Positions 7,271 through 16,142 are shown, counted from the first letter of the stretch. The stretch: 64,000 nucleotides of DNA from Bacteroidales bacterium (GCA_021740625.1 JAIOZK010000021.1:2289-66288); one strand, 5' to 3'. The notes: a model not told the origin generated them from the letters alone. Made by a program: numbers and translations.

Positions 7271-9727
7271 ATGAGTAAAATGAAAATAACTACCAGGAAT
7301 TTATTTTTATATGCCGGAATTGCATTTACTTTTCTTTTCCTAACCAGCAATGGATTTGCACAGAGTGGTATTTTTGAACCGGTAAAATGGGAGTTCAGCA
7401 GTAAAAAGATCTCCGACACGGAAGCTGAACTGATCTTCCGTGCAGAAATTGAAAACAAATGGCATTTGTACTCGCAGGATATTCCCATGAGTCCTCCTGC
7501 CACAGGTTTTATCTTCGAAGAAAACGATACTTATAAACGTATTGGTGAAGTCATAGAAGTGAGTGAAGCCATTGAAGAATATGACCCCAACTTCGAGATG
7601 GAACTGAAGTATTTTGCGGAAGAAGCGGTCTTTAAACAAAAAGTGGAATTGACACCTGGTGTGCCTGTGACAATCAAAGGATATGTTGAATACATGTGCT
7701 GTGATGACACCCGTTGCTTGCCACCCACGGAAGAAGATTTCAGGTTCAGCTTTAACCAGCAGATGCCTCAGCAACAAAGCGGAATTCTTGAACCGGTAAA
7801 GTGGGAGAAAAGCCTCGAAAGGATTTCTGATGATACCTACGATCTTCACTTTAAAGCCAATATCGATCCTGGCTACCATTTATATACACAGGAAAAATTT
7901 GAGAATGGTCCCCTTCCAACCGAATTTATTTTTGAAGAAAGTAAAAATTACAAATTGCTGGGGAACCCTGAACCTGACAAAGCAGCGGTTACCGAATTTG
8001 ATGAGGTTTTTGAGCTTGAAATCGGATATTATGAAAATGAAGTAAGTTTTACCCAGAGAATTGAGATCGAAACACAAAAGGTTTTCAATATCAAAGGTGA
8101 GATCGCATATATGGTATGCAACGATGTTGGTTGTGTGTCGCTGTATGAGGATTTTACCTTTGCCTTTGAGGATGGTACTCCCGCCGATGCAAAAGCTGTG
8201 CTGGCAGATGCTGAAGAGGATTTTACAGGAAGCAACAAAAAGACACTTTGGGGCTTTTTTATCCTTTCATTCGTTTTTGGTTTAATAGCGATCCTGACGC
8301 CCTGTGTTTTCCCGATGATCCCGATGACGGTTTCTTTTTTCATGAAAGAATCCGGAAACAAAGGAAAAGCCAGAAGACAGGCAGTGGTGTACGGTATTTC
8401 CATCATTGTTATATATGTACTGGTTGGTTCGCTGCTTGCGATATTTCTGGGACCTGGATTTGCCAATTTCCTGAGCACGCACTGGCTCCCAAACATATTG
8501 TTCTTCCTGATTTTTATGATCTTTGCGGCTTCCTTCTTTGGAATGTTCGAACTGACCATTCCCAACTGGATGGTGAATAAATCCGATAAACAAGCCGATA
8601 GAGGTGGATTTGTGGGAGCTATCTTTATGGCGGTCACGCTGGTACTTGTTTCATTTTCGTGCACCGGGCCTATCGTTGGGATGATACTTGTTGAGTCGGC
8701 AGGTGGATTGGTACTGAAACCCATCGTTGGTATGCTGGGCTTTTCGCTTGCTTTTGCATTGCCTTTTACCTTATTTGCATTCTTTCCGCAATGGCTTTCC
8801 GGCTTGCCCAAATCCGGAGGATGGCTGAATTCAGTGAAAGTGATACTCGGTTTTATCGAGCTGGCCCTGGGTTTGAAGTTTTTAAGTGTGGCCGATCAGG
8901 TATACCACTGGGGCATTCTGGATCGTGAGGTTTACATTGCATTCTGGATCGTGATTTTTACTTTGATGGGATTTTATTTGCTCGGTAAACTGAAATTTGC
9001 ACATGATACTGATTTGAAATTTATCAGTGTTCCGAGGCTCACATTGTCCATCATTACCTTTAGTTTTGTTGTTTACCTGATACCCGGTATGTTTGGTGCT
9101 CCGTTGAAGGCTCTGTCAGGCTATCTTCCGCCGCAATCGACGCATGATTTTGATATCAATGCAATTGTTCGGAAAAATGTACAATTGTATTCGGGCAGCA
9201 TGTCAGAAAAAGCAAGCATTTCTAATACCAGGGATTTAAAAGAAACATGTGAAGATCCGAAATATTCTGACTTTTTGCATTTGCCTCATGGATTGGAAGG
9301 ATATTTTGACTTTGAGCAGGGCATGCGATGTGCCAAACAGTTGAATAAGCCGATTTTTATCGATTTCACCGGTCATGGTTGTGTGAATTGCCGTGAAATG
9401 GAAGCCAATGTCTGGGCTGATCCCGAAGTGCTGAAACGACTCAGGGATGATTACGTCATCATCGCATTGTACGTTGATGATAAAACGAAGCTTCCTGAGC
9501 AAGACTGGATCAAATCCGAATATGATGGTAAATTAAAAAAATCCATCGGGAAAAAGTACGCAGATTTTCAAATCAGTAGGTTCGGAGTGAATGCCCAACC
9601 GTTTTACGTCCTCATCGATCACAAAGGTGAAAAGCTGGTGCAGCCAAGAGCCTATGATCTTGACGTGGATGAGTTTGTTGATTTTCTCGACCGCGGTTTG
9701 AAAGAATTTAAGCGTAGAAGCAATTGA
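7271..9727 (+). CDS. DsbD-family thiol:disulfide reductase: two tandem N-terminal domains, a CcdA-like membrane core and a C-terminal thioredoxin domain
   Basis: A signal peptide is followed by two paralogous N-terminal modules (GIFEPVKWEF...YMCCDDTRCLPP and GILEPVKWEK...YMVCNDVGCVSL). The membrane core carries LTPCVFPMIP and FSCTGPIVG. The C-terminal thioredoxin domain carries FTGHGCVNCREME. Confidence 0.85.
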   Translation: MSKMKITTRNLFLYAGIAFTFLFLTSNGFAQSGIFEPVKWEFSSKKISDTEAELIFRAEIENKWHLYSQDIPMSPPATGFIFEENDTYKRIGEVIEVSEAIEEYDPNFEMELKYFAEEAVFKQKVELTPGVPVTIKGYVEYMCCDDTRCLPPTEEDFRFSFNQQMPQQQSGILEPVKWEKSLERISDDTYDLHFKANIDPGYHLYTQEKFENGPLPTEFIFEESKNYKLLGNPEPDKAAVTEFDEVFELEIGYYENEVSFTQRIEIETQKVFNIKGEIAYMVCNDVGCVSLYEDFTFAFEDGTPADAKAVLADAEEDFTGSNKKTLWGFFILSFVFGLIAILTPCVFPMIPMTVSFFMKESGNKGKARRQAVVYGISIIVIYVLVGSLLAIFLGPGFANFLSTHWLPNILFFLIFMIFAASFFGMFELTIPNWMVNKSDKQADRGGFVGAIFMAVTLVLVSFSCTGPIVGMILVESAGGLVLKPIVGMLGFSLAFALPFTLFAFFPQWLSGLPKSGGWLNSVKVILGFIELALGLKFLSVADQVYHWGILDREVYIAFWIVIFTLMGFYLLGKLKFAHDTDLKFISVPRLTLSIITFSFVVYLIPGMFGAPLKALSGYLPPQSTHDFDINAIVRKNVQLYSGSMSEKASISNTRDLKETCEDPKYSDFLHLPHGLEGYFDFEQGMRCAKQLNKPIFIDFTGHGCVNCREMEANVWADPEVLKRLRDDYVIIALYVDDKTKLPEQDWIKSEYDGKLKKSIGKKYADFQISRFGVNAQPFYVLIDHKGEKLVQPRAYDLDVDEFVDFLDRGLKEFKRRSN

Positions 9728-9819
9728 TCATTCTACAATCAAAGAGTTACATTTAATATCTATATATCTAATCATTTTTATATCTTAGCAGGCAAATTTC
9801 AATTACAATTACAGCTAAG

Positions 9820-11541
9820 ATGAAGAATTATTTACTCAGTTTACTTTTGCTTTTCCTGGTCTTTGGCTTGAATGCACAAAACTTTACCAGCCTGGATCCC
9901 GGCTTCCCGGGACTGGATGAGGCATCATTGAGCCTTGGTGATTATGACAACGACAATGACCTGGATATCATCCTTAGCGGGCGGAAAAGCAATGATGAAC
10001 GGACCACAATCATATATCATAATGATAACGGGAATTATTCGCCCCTTGCCATGGGTTTGGTACCGGTGAAAACCGGAGCTACCTGCTGGGGTGATTATGA
10101 TGCGGATGGTGACCTGGACCTGCTGGTTACAGGAAATGATATCGATGGGGCTTCCGCCAGGATCTATAACAATAATGATGGAGCTTTTACGGATATACAA
10201 GCAGGACTGCAAGGTGTTGAGGAAGGAAATTCCGTTTGGGGTGATTTTGATAATGACGGTGATCTCGATCTGGTGCTGACTGGTGACTGGATCGCGAAAA
10301 TCTACCGCAATGACGATGGAGTTTTTATAGACCTGGAGATTGATTTCGGATATTTTAACAGCAGTGCTGCAGCATGGGGTGATTATGATCAGGATGGTGA
10401 TCTTGATCTTTTACTTACAGGCGACAGCGGGGCTGGAGCGGTGACATACATCTACCGGAATGATGAGGGTGAATTTGTGAAAATAGAAGCAGGACTGCCC
10501 GGAGTAATGGCCGGTGCCAGTGGATGGGTGGATTTTGATAATGATGCTGACCTGGATATTTTTCTTACCGGTTTCGATGATGCCCTGGAAGCAAAATTCT
10601 ATCGCTACAGGAATGATGGTCACGGCGTATTTGAACAAGTAACAGCCTGGATGCCGGGAGTTGCAAAATCTTCGGTAGCCTGGGGAGATATGGATAATGA
10701 TGGTGACCAGGATGTTGCATTTTGTGGCAAAGGATCCGGGTGTGGATTATACATCAATGGAATATACAGAAATGAAGGTGATTATTTTTCTGATATCAAC
10801 GTTGATATTTATCCTCTGACAGATGGTAAAATGGAATGGGCAGACTATGATAACGATGGTGACCTCGACCTGTTCTCAACAGGTGCCAGGGTAGATGAAA
10901 CCCCGCAAACTTTGATTTACCGGAATGACGCCGGAAGCAATACATTTCATCCCAATACTGCACCTTCGGGACCCACAGAATATGATACACAGGTTTTTGG
11001 AAACAGCGTTGAGTTTTCCTGGAATGCAGGTTCAGATAACGAAACACCCGCCGAAGGACTCACTTATAATATACGGGTGAGCACCATTTCGAATTCATGC
11101 AATGTATGGTCTCCGATGGCTGAAGAAATCGCTGGCTTCAGGCGTGTGGTTGGCAAAGGCAATGCCAGGCAGAACCAGAATTGGCGTTTGCAAGGATTGC
11201 CCGAAGGTGAGTATTTCTGGAGTATTCAAACCATTGACCAAGGCTGGGCAGGTTCCGGTTTTGTTGCAGAAAAGACATTCACGCTTACTACCACTTCGGT
11301 TTATGAAATGAACGCAACCGAAGATATTTTTATTTATCATGCGGCGGATAAATATATTGAATTAGATGATGACCTGCAGCAGAATAACAGGATCAGAGTG
11401 TTTGATGTACAGGGGAAAATGTTGCTTGATAAATCCAATGTGGATATAATTTCACTGCAGGATTACCATGCAGGGATTTACATTTTACATTATGCTGCTG
11501 CAGGGAAAACGGCTACGAAAAAAATCTCCGTTCTTGAATAA
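9820..11541 (+). CDS. FG-GAP/VCBS repeat protein with T9SS type A C-terminal sorting domain
   Basis: A signal peptide is followed by at least 7 repeats of WGDYDNDGDLDL-type calcium-binding loops. The C-terminus (RVFDVQGKMLL...GIYILHY...KKISVLE) resembles a Por secretion tail. Confidence 0.85.
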   Translation: MKNYLLSLLLLFLVFGLNAQNFTSLDPGFPGLDEASLSLGDYDNDNDLDIILSGRKSNDERTTIIYHNDNGNYSPLAMGLVPVKTGATCWGDYDADGDLDLLVTGNDIDGASARIYNNNDGAFTDIQAGLQGVEEGNSVWGDFDNDGDLDLVLTGDWIAKIYRNDDGVFIDLEIDFGYFNSSAAAWGDYDQDGDLDLLLTGDSGAGAVTYIYRNDEGEFVKIEAGLPGVMAGASGWVDFDNDADLDIFLTGFDDALEAKFYRYRNDGHGVFEQVTAWMPGVAKSSVAWGDMDNDGDQDVAFCGKGSGCGLYINGIYRNEGDYFSDINVDIYPLTDGKMEWADYDNDGDLDLFSTGARVDETPQTLIYRNDAGSNTFHPNTAPSGPTEYDTQVFGNSVEFSWNAGSDNETPAEGLTYNIRVSTISNSCNVWSPMAEEIAGFRRVVGKGNARQNQNWRLQGLPEGEYFWSIQTIDQGWAGSGFVAEKTFTLTTTSVYEMNATEDIFIYHAADKYIELDDDLQQNNRIRVFDVQGKMLLDKSNVDIISLQDYHAGIYILHYAAAGKTATKKISVLE

Positions 11542-11561
11542 TGCTTCTTTTTCATAAGCAC

Positions 11562-12272
11562 TTATCGTATTTTCTGTACATACGGATTTCTCCTTCTTAT
11601 CAAACGGTTTTGTGTTCTTTTGAATGATTTGTTATTCCCTTCGGAAATGGAATTCAGGAAATCCCTGGCCTTGCTGAAGTTTCCCAGTTCGCGATAGATC
11701 TCAAGCATGTAATATATATCATCAGGGTTGACTTCCGGATTGAGCAATTTTAGCAGTTGTTGCAAGTTTTCTTCCTTATCCTTCAGCCATGATTTATATT
11801 CCCGGTAGTTGCGGTGTAGTTTTTTGCAATTCCTGAACGGTTTAAATAGGTAGTTTACCGCATCCATGAACTTGCTTCTTTTGCTTCCGATCCCCGACTC
11901 AAACCTGATCAGGTCATTGGTCTTCCACCAGTATAAAATCCTTAACTGGTATTCCTCATCTTTGTTGAGCCCTTTCATAATTTTCAGTGCCAGCTTATAA
12001 TCAGCAATTTGAGGATGGCGCTCCTCGAAGCTCAGGTCTTCATAATCGTAGGTTTCATCTTCATCCTGCAAAACTGCTGATTCGAATAAATAAAATCCAC
12101 TGCATTGTCTGCATTTGATCAGGACAGGATCAAAACTGATCATTCCACTGATGACATCCGTTTTGCCATCCGTGTAATTCTCGCATTCGTGTATGGTGCC
12201 CGACATGCCCATGTAGTGGGAGGATTTCAAATGGCAATGAGGACATACAATATTCACAGGTTCCAGTATCAT
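11562..12272 (-). CDS. Hypothetical protein with N-terminal CxxC...CxxC zinc ribbon, acidic linker and helical (TPR-like) C-terminal half; last gene of the E2/JAB/E1 operon
   Basis: CPHCH is separated by about 40 aa from CRQC. The acidic stretch QDEDETYDYEDLSFEE follows, then helical repeats such as DDIYYMLEIYRELGNFSKARDFLNSI and a basic tail. I recognise no family. Confidence 0.55.
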   Translation of the reverse strand: MILEPVNIVCPHCHLKSSHYMGMSGTIHECENYTDGKTDVISGMISFDPVLIKCRQCSGFYLFESAVLQDEDETYDYEDLSFEERHPQIADYKLALKIMKGLNKDEEYQLRILYWWKTNDLIRFESGIGSKRSKFMDAVNYLFKPFRNCKKLHRNYREYKSWLKDKEENLQQLLKLLNPEVNPDDIYYMLEIYRELGNFSKARDFLNSISEGNNKSFKRTQNRLIRRRNPYVQKIR

Positions 12273-12336
12273 ATTGTTGGTTATTATGAATTATATACTT
12301 TATTATAAAGGTATTGCTGCATGTGCTGCTTACCTT

Positions 12337-12792
12337 TTAATCAATCATTTTAGTTGCCAGCCAAACGGAGTAAAGACCATATAAGAAGGACCAGACATAT
12401 GGCCAAACACTCAAGTCATTATCCCAGAGCATTCCGATGGTATAAGGGACTGCGAAGATCAGGAATGCATAGAGGAAAGCATACAGTTTGTATCTGCTTT
12501 CATTCCTGTATGCCAATCCTTCCAGTGCCCCGCTAATATAGATCGGGAACAGGATGAGGTTCAGGATCATTGCAACTGTAGAAAAAGTACCGGCATTCCA
12601 CCAGCTCAGGTTAAAGATAAATCCGCCCAACCAGCCGATACCTGAAAGGATCAGAACAAACAACACGGAAACAATGATCACGGAGATGAAACCAAGGAAA
12701 AAACCAATATTTTCCGAAGGGCTTTCGGTATTTACCGGTGTAAACTGCCTTACATGCCTTCTAATGATCCTTCCGTCGGGTCCTATTGCCAT
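12337..12792 (-). CDS. Small integral membrane protein, about 4 predicted TM helices
   Basis: About 30 polar N-terminal residues are followed by four hydrophobic segments rich in aromatic residues. The ATG lies 3 nt after the E1-like stop. Confidence 0.6.
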   Translation of the reverse strand: MAIGPDGRIIRRHVRQFTPVNTESPSENIGFFLGFISVIIVSVLFVLILSGIGWLGGFIFNLSWWNAGTFSTVAMILNLILFPIYISGALEGLAYRNESRYKLYAFLYAFLIFAVPYTIGMLWDNDLSVWPYVWSFLYGLYSVWLATKMID

Positions 12793-12795
12793 GGT

Positions 12796-14127
12796 TTACT
12801 GCTTAGCACAAAGTTTACAATTCCTGTTTTTATCTACTTCTATACTGGTTGTTACCTGCAGGGGATAGGAAAAAATTTCGGCCTGCTCTCCGCCAATTTC
12901 TTTCTTGTTGGTATTGGAGACCAGTGTAAACTGCGTGAGATCATCCAGAACTCTTGGTACAAATTTTTCGTTATTCCTGTTCAGTATATCCAGAATGATC
13001 TTTAGGCCGACATTGGTTACGAAATTTATATCGACCGAAATGCCCGGCATAAAACTGACTTTTGAAAGATCCTGCTGCGTTGTGTAAAAACGCCGGTTGA
13101 CTGATTCCCTTGCAGAAAGATCGCCGAGGGCTTCCGTAAAGCATTTGTAGCAGGCCAGTTCCTTTTGCCCTGGTATCCAGTAAAAGATTTCACCGGCAAA
13201 AGCCCTTTCCCAGAAACCGATCGAAACCATAGGGATTCGGTAATGAGCTGCAATTTTATTGGCAAAGAGGTCACCCTGCCGGTTATCGGCACAGCCTATG
13301 ATGATGCTGTCCTTATTACAATTCCTTTTGAAGGATTCAGGTAAAACATTTTCAATAATCTCATTTTGACATTCAACTCTGGCTTCCGGGTTGATGAGCC
13401 GGATCCTTTCTGCAACTGCATTGGTTTTGAAATTTCCTACATCTGGAATATTGCACTGGTGCCTGCAAACATTGGCATAGCTGAGGATGTCGTTGTCGAT
13501 CAGCAAGAAACGGCCAACTCCTGAACGGGCCAGTTCAAGTGCCACATAACTTCCCACCGAGCCACAGCCACTGATGATGGCTGTTTTGTCCTGCATCATA
13601 TCGGTTTCAAGGATGCCTGTATTTCTTGAGAATACATCCAGTTGGAGACTGTAATTTTCCAGTTTGCATTGTTCAATACCCTTGTTGCTGAGTTGAAAGA
13701 AAAGTTGTTCGTCCCGCTGGTATGCACCCAGAATAAATGAGTCGCTTGGTATATCTCTCGCAAGCTCATGCGATTTTAGGAATGAAATGATGTTTTCAAC
13801 ACTTTCTGCAGAAATATTTTTGAATTCCTGATCAAGTCTTTGTTCCAATAGCTTTTTTGAGGAAGTCCCCAGAAATACACCTTTTGTGCAGGCAGCTTTC
13901 CGGTCAAAAACAGTGTGGTGCCATACTTTTTTCGTCTCGTAAACTTCTGTAAAGTCGACAATGTTGTAGGTATTGGTGTTTTCGAAGTAATATCCTTTCA
14001 GGAGATAATCATTATCAGGATCCAGATTTGCAGGTGCAATGACGCTGGGAGAAAAGTGTTTTTCTTTTCTCAATGAAATCCTGTTTAGCTTTTTGATCAA
14101 TTCCGGTTGACTGTTTTTTTGATTCAT
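12796..14127 (-). CDS. ThiF/MoeB/E1-like adenylating enzyme with about 170-aa N-terminal extension
   Basis: The Rossmann loop reads ISGCGSVGSYVALELARSGVGRFLLIDND. Other E1-type motifs are YANVCRHQ and IIGCADNRQ. The two CxxC pairs (ACYKCF and CKLCAKQ) match the ThiF/MoeB zinc site. Confidence 0.85.
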   Translation of the reverse strand: MNQKNSQPELIKKLNRISLRKEKHFSPSVIAPANLDPDNDYLLKGYYFENTNTYNIVDFTEVYETKKVWHHTVFDRKAACTKGVFLGTSSKKLLEQRLDQEFKNISAESVENIISFLKSHELARDIPSDSFILGAYQRDEQLFFQLSNKGIEQCKLENYSLQLDVFSRNTGILETDMMQDKTAIISGCGSVGSYVALELARSGVGRFLLIDNDILSYANVCRHQCNIPDVGNFKTNAVAERIRLINPEARVECQNEIIENVLPESFKRNCNKDSIIIGCADNRQGDLFANKIAAHYRIPMVSIGFWERAFAGEIFYWIPGQKELACYKCFTEALGDLSARESVNRRFYTTQQDLSKVSFMPGISVDINFVTNVGLKIILDILNRNNEKFVPRVLDDLTQFTLVSNTNKKEIGGEQAEIFSYPLQVTTSIEVDKNRNCKLCAKQ

Positions 14128-14981
14128 GCCTGCTTGTTTTTTTGTTTATTTCCATTTTCAAGACCGGCTGTTTTATAAAGATGGTCAATGAATAGTCCTT
14201 CCCGATAGGGATATTGCTCATGATCATTCGACAAGAGAGTGCATAATCCGTTTTCAAAACTGATGTTCCATTCTATTTTTTGGGGTAATTTTTTTCCGAT
14301 TAACTTTTTTTGCAGCAAACATGTGTAATGAATTGTATGCTCGTCAATACGTTCAAATTCGCAGTTATATAATTTTTGTTTTTCGAGTGCTTCATTTTCA
14401 AGTATCAGCAGGTTCAATGTTTCTTCCGGTATTTCATCCATGTTCTCTGTTTTCTCCTGCACTGGTTTTACAATAGATCCCTTGTCTTTGTATTTTTTCT
14501 GGAGAAATGCTTGAGGTATGACTTCATCAGAAACTTCAAATGCAGTTTTAGTATATACCAGCTTATCATTTACATGATAGAGTGTGAATCTTAATTCGGG
14601 ATCAATATTTACAAGGCCTGAAATAGCACCATGTTTGGATTTGCGGGCAAATTCCAGGTTGGTTTCATCATCGGTTGCGCTGAATTTATCAAAACTGCCG
14701 GGATGCCGGTGCCAGAGTCCCAGCAACTTCAGCTTCTTTCTGTACCGGCGTGCACGGGCATTTGCCAGGTAGTTTACAAAGGCATGATCATACTCAAAAT
14801 AGTGTTGCTTAAAAACCGATTCCGGACCGGGTTCAATAGATTCGATCACATACCAGGTACCATTTTCAATCTGGCCAAGCAATATCCCGCCGGTTTCCAC
14901 CGGATGTTTGTGCATGCTTTCGGTAATAATGGTATTAAATGCATCGGTTGTGATCAGTACTTTTTTACATACTTCATTCAT
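14124..14981 (-). CDS. JAB/MPN (JAMM) metalloisopeptidase with about 130-aa C-terminal extension
   Basis: The catalytic Glu is in HPVETGGILLG. The canonical HxHx7Sx2D motif is WHRHPGSFDKFSATD (H91, H93, S101, D104). The stop overlaps the E1 start as ATGA. Confidence 0.85.
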   Translation of the reverse strand: MNEVCKKVLITTDAFNTIITESMHKHPVETGGILLGQIENGTWYVIESIEPGPESVFKQHYFEYDHAFVNYLANARARRYRKKLKLLGLWHRHPGSFDKFSATDDETNLEFARKSKHGAISGLVNIDPELRFTLYHVNDKLVYTKTAFEVSDEVIPQAFLQKKYKDKGSIVKPVQEKTENMDEIPEETLNLLILENEALEKQKLYNCEFERIDEHTIHYTCLLQKKLIGKKLPQKIEWNISFENGLCTLLSNDHEQYPYREGLFIDHLYKTAGLENGNKQKNKQA

Positions 14982-14992
14982 CAGTTGAAGAA

Positions 14993-15607
14993 TTAGAAGG
15001 TGTGTGACTGGAATTCTTCTGTTGTGACTTTTCCGTCGAGCCAGAGCTCAAAAACGGTAATCCATTTTACCGCCCAGGCTATGGCGGAAGCTGCAGATGA
15101 ACTTTCCTGCGGACTTGCATGGAAGTCTTGCTGGCGGGCCGTACATATGTATAGATGTTTATTTTCGTCGACCAGCATATGCGGAATTCCGCCAATTTCT
15201 TTGGCCATGGCTTCCAGATCAGGATCAATGGAGTAAATCCTGATGGAACCGCCATAGCTGGTATTGTCGGGATGATTATTCTGATAGATTACCTGTAAAT
15301 ACCATTCCCTGTCAGGATTCAGCACTTTTGTTTTTACCCCACCGTGCCAGAAAAGACGGCCATCATCCAGTTTTTCCAACTGGAAATGGGGAAAAAAACG
15401 CTCCATGGCGTTTTTTTCCTCCTTTAAAAGTTCGGGATCATTTTCGTACCATTGATAGGCAAGCTTTCCTTTTGGAATTTCAATTCCGTCATCTTTGCCT
15501 TCTTCATCAACTTCACCGTCTTTTTTAATGGTTACTTTTTTCCCTTTTTTTAACTTCTCGGCCAGCCTTTTGCGTGCTTCTTCGGCTGAATCTTTTGAGT
15601 TTGACAT
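14993..15607 (-). CDS. Prokaryotic E2-like (UBC-fold) protein, tentative
   Basis: A Lys/Glu-rich N-terminal tail of about 45 aa is followed by FPHFQLEKLDDGRLFWHGG, then NHPDN (HPN-like), then GGIPHMLVDENKHLYIC. Cys155 is the only Cys in the protein. The gene lies 11 nt upstream of the JAB gene. The call rests on motif pattern and operon context only. Confidence 0.6.
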   Translation of the reverse strand: MSNSKDSAEEARKRLAEKLKKGKKVTIKKDGEVDEEGKDDGIEIPKGKLAYQWYENDPELLKEEKNAMERFFPHFQLEKLDDGRLFWHGGVKTKVLNPDREWYLQVIYQNNHPDNTSYGGSIRIYSIDPDLEAMAKEIGGIPHMLVDENKHLYICTARQQDFHASPQESSSAASAIAWAVKWITVFELWLDGKVTTEEFQSHTF

Positions 15608-15632
15608 AATATTGATTTATTGGTTATTTTTC

Positions 15633-16142
15633 TCATCCAATGGTTTGTATTACACCATTGTTATTGATGTAATCCTCGAGCAGGTCTGTAAAACCATCGT
15701 ATACGATCTGGGTTTCCCATTCTGTGGGAAATGTTTCATGCCAGATGTCGTATACCTTGCTTTCAGTTTCATCTTCATCGTAAGGCCATCGAAAAGCCAG
15801 GTATTCCTGGCCGCTTGTATGCATAAAAGGTATATATCTTTTACCATCTTCGTGGAACTTATGCTCAATCCTTTCATAAGCTGATCTTATTTCCTGCAGG
15901 CTTAAAATATAGTTGCTGTTCCATGCACTGGATTCGATGTCGTCAGTCTTAGCAGGTCCAAGCAAACTGATGAACCCGCCATTAAAATGACACAGAAAAA
16001 CCTTGAAAGAAACAGGAAAGACATAGATCAGGTCATCTTCCAAACTTTCTATTTCGTCCCATTCGGCTGGTGCATTAAAAAAGCATTGATCCGGATTGGT
16101 TTCAATCTTTTGTTTTAATCTATCGACAAGTTTATCTATCAT
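15633..16142 (-). CDS. SUKH-1 (SMI1/KNR4-like) domain protein ending in ...GVIQTIG-stop
   Basis: FPVSFKVFLCHFNGGF and YIPFMHTSGQEYLAF match SUKH hallmark segments. The start is set at MIDKLV (16142) because a TATATTTG box sits at 16186-16193 inside the longer ORF. The alternative start is 16196. Confidence 0.6.
   Translation of the reverse strand: MIDKLVDRLKQKIETNPDQCFFNAPAEWDEIESLEDDLIYVFPVSFKVFLCHFNGGFISLLGPAKTDDIESSAWNSNYILSLQEIRSAYERIEHKFHEDGKRYIPFMHTSGQEYLAFRWPYDEDETESKVYDIWHETFPTEWETQIVYDGFTDLLEDYINNNGVIQTIG

Noticed and set aside
8029-8811. 260-aa minus-strand ORF inside the DsbD-like gene
   Set aside because: It is antisense to a well-supported membrane-protein CDS. It has low-complexity Ser/Thr/Pro/Ala composition and no start context.
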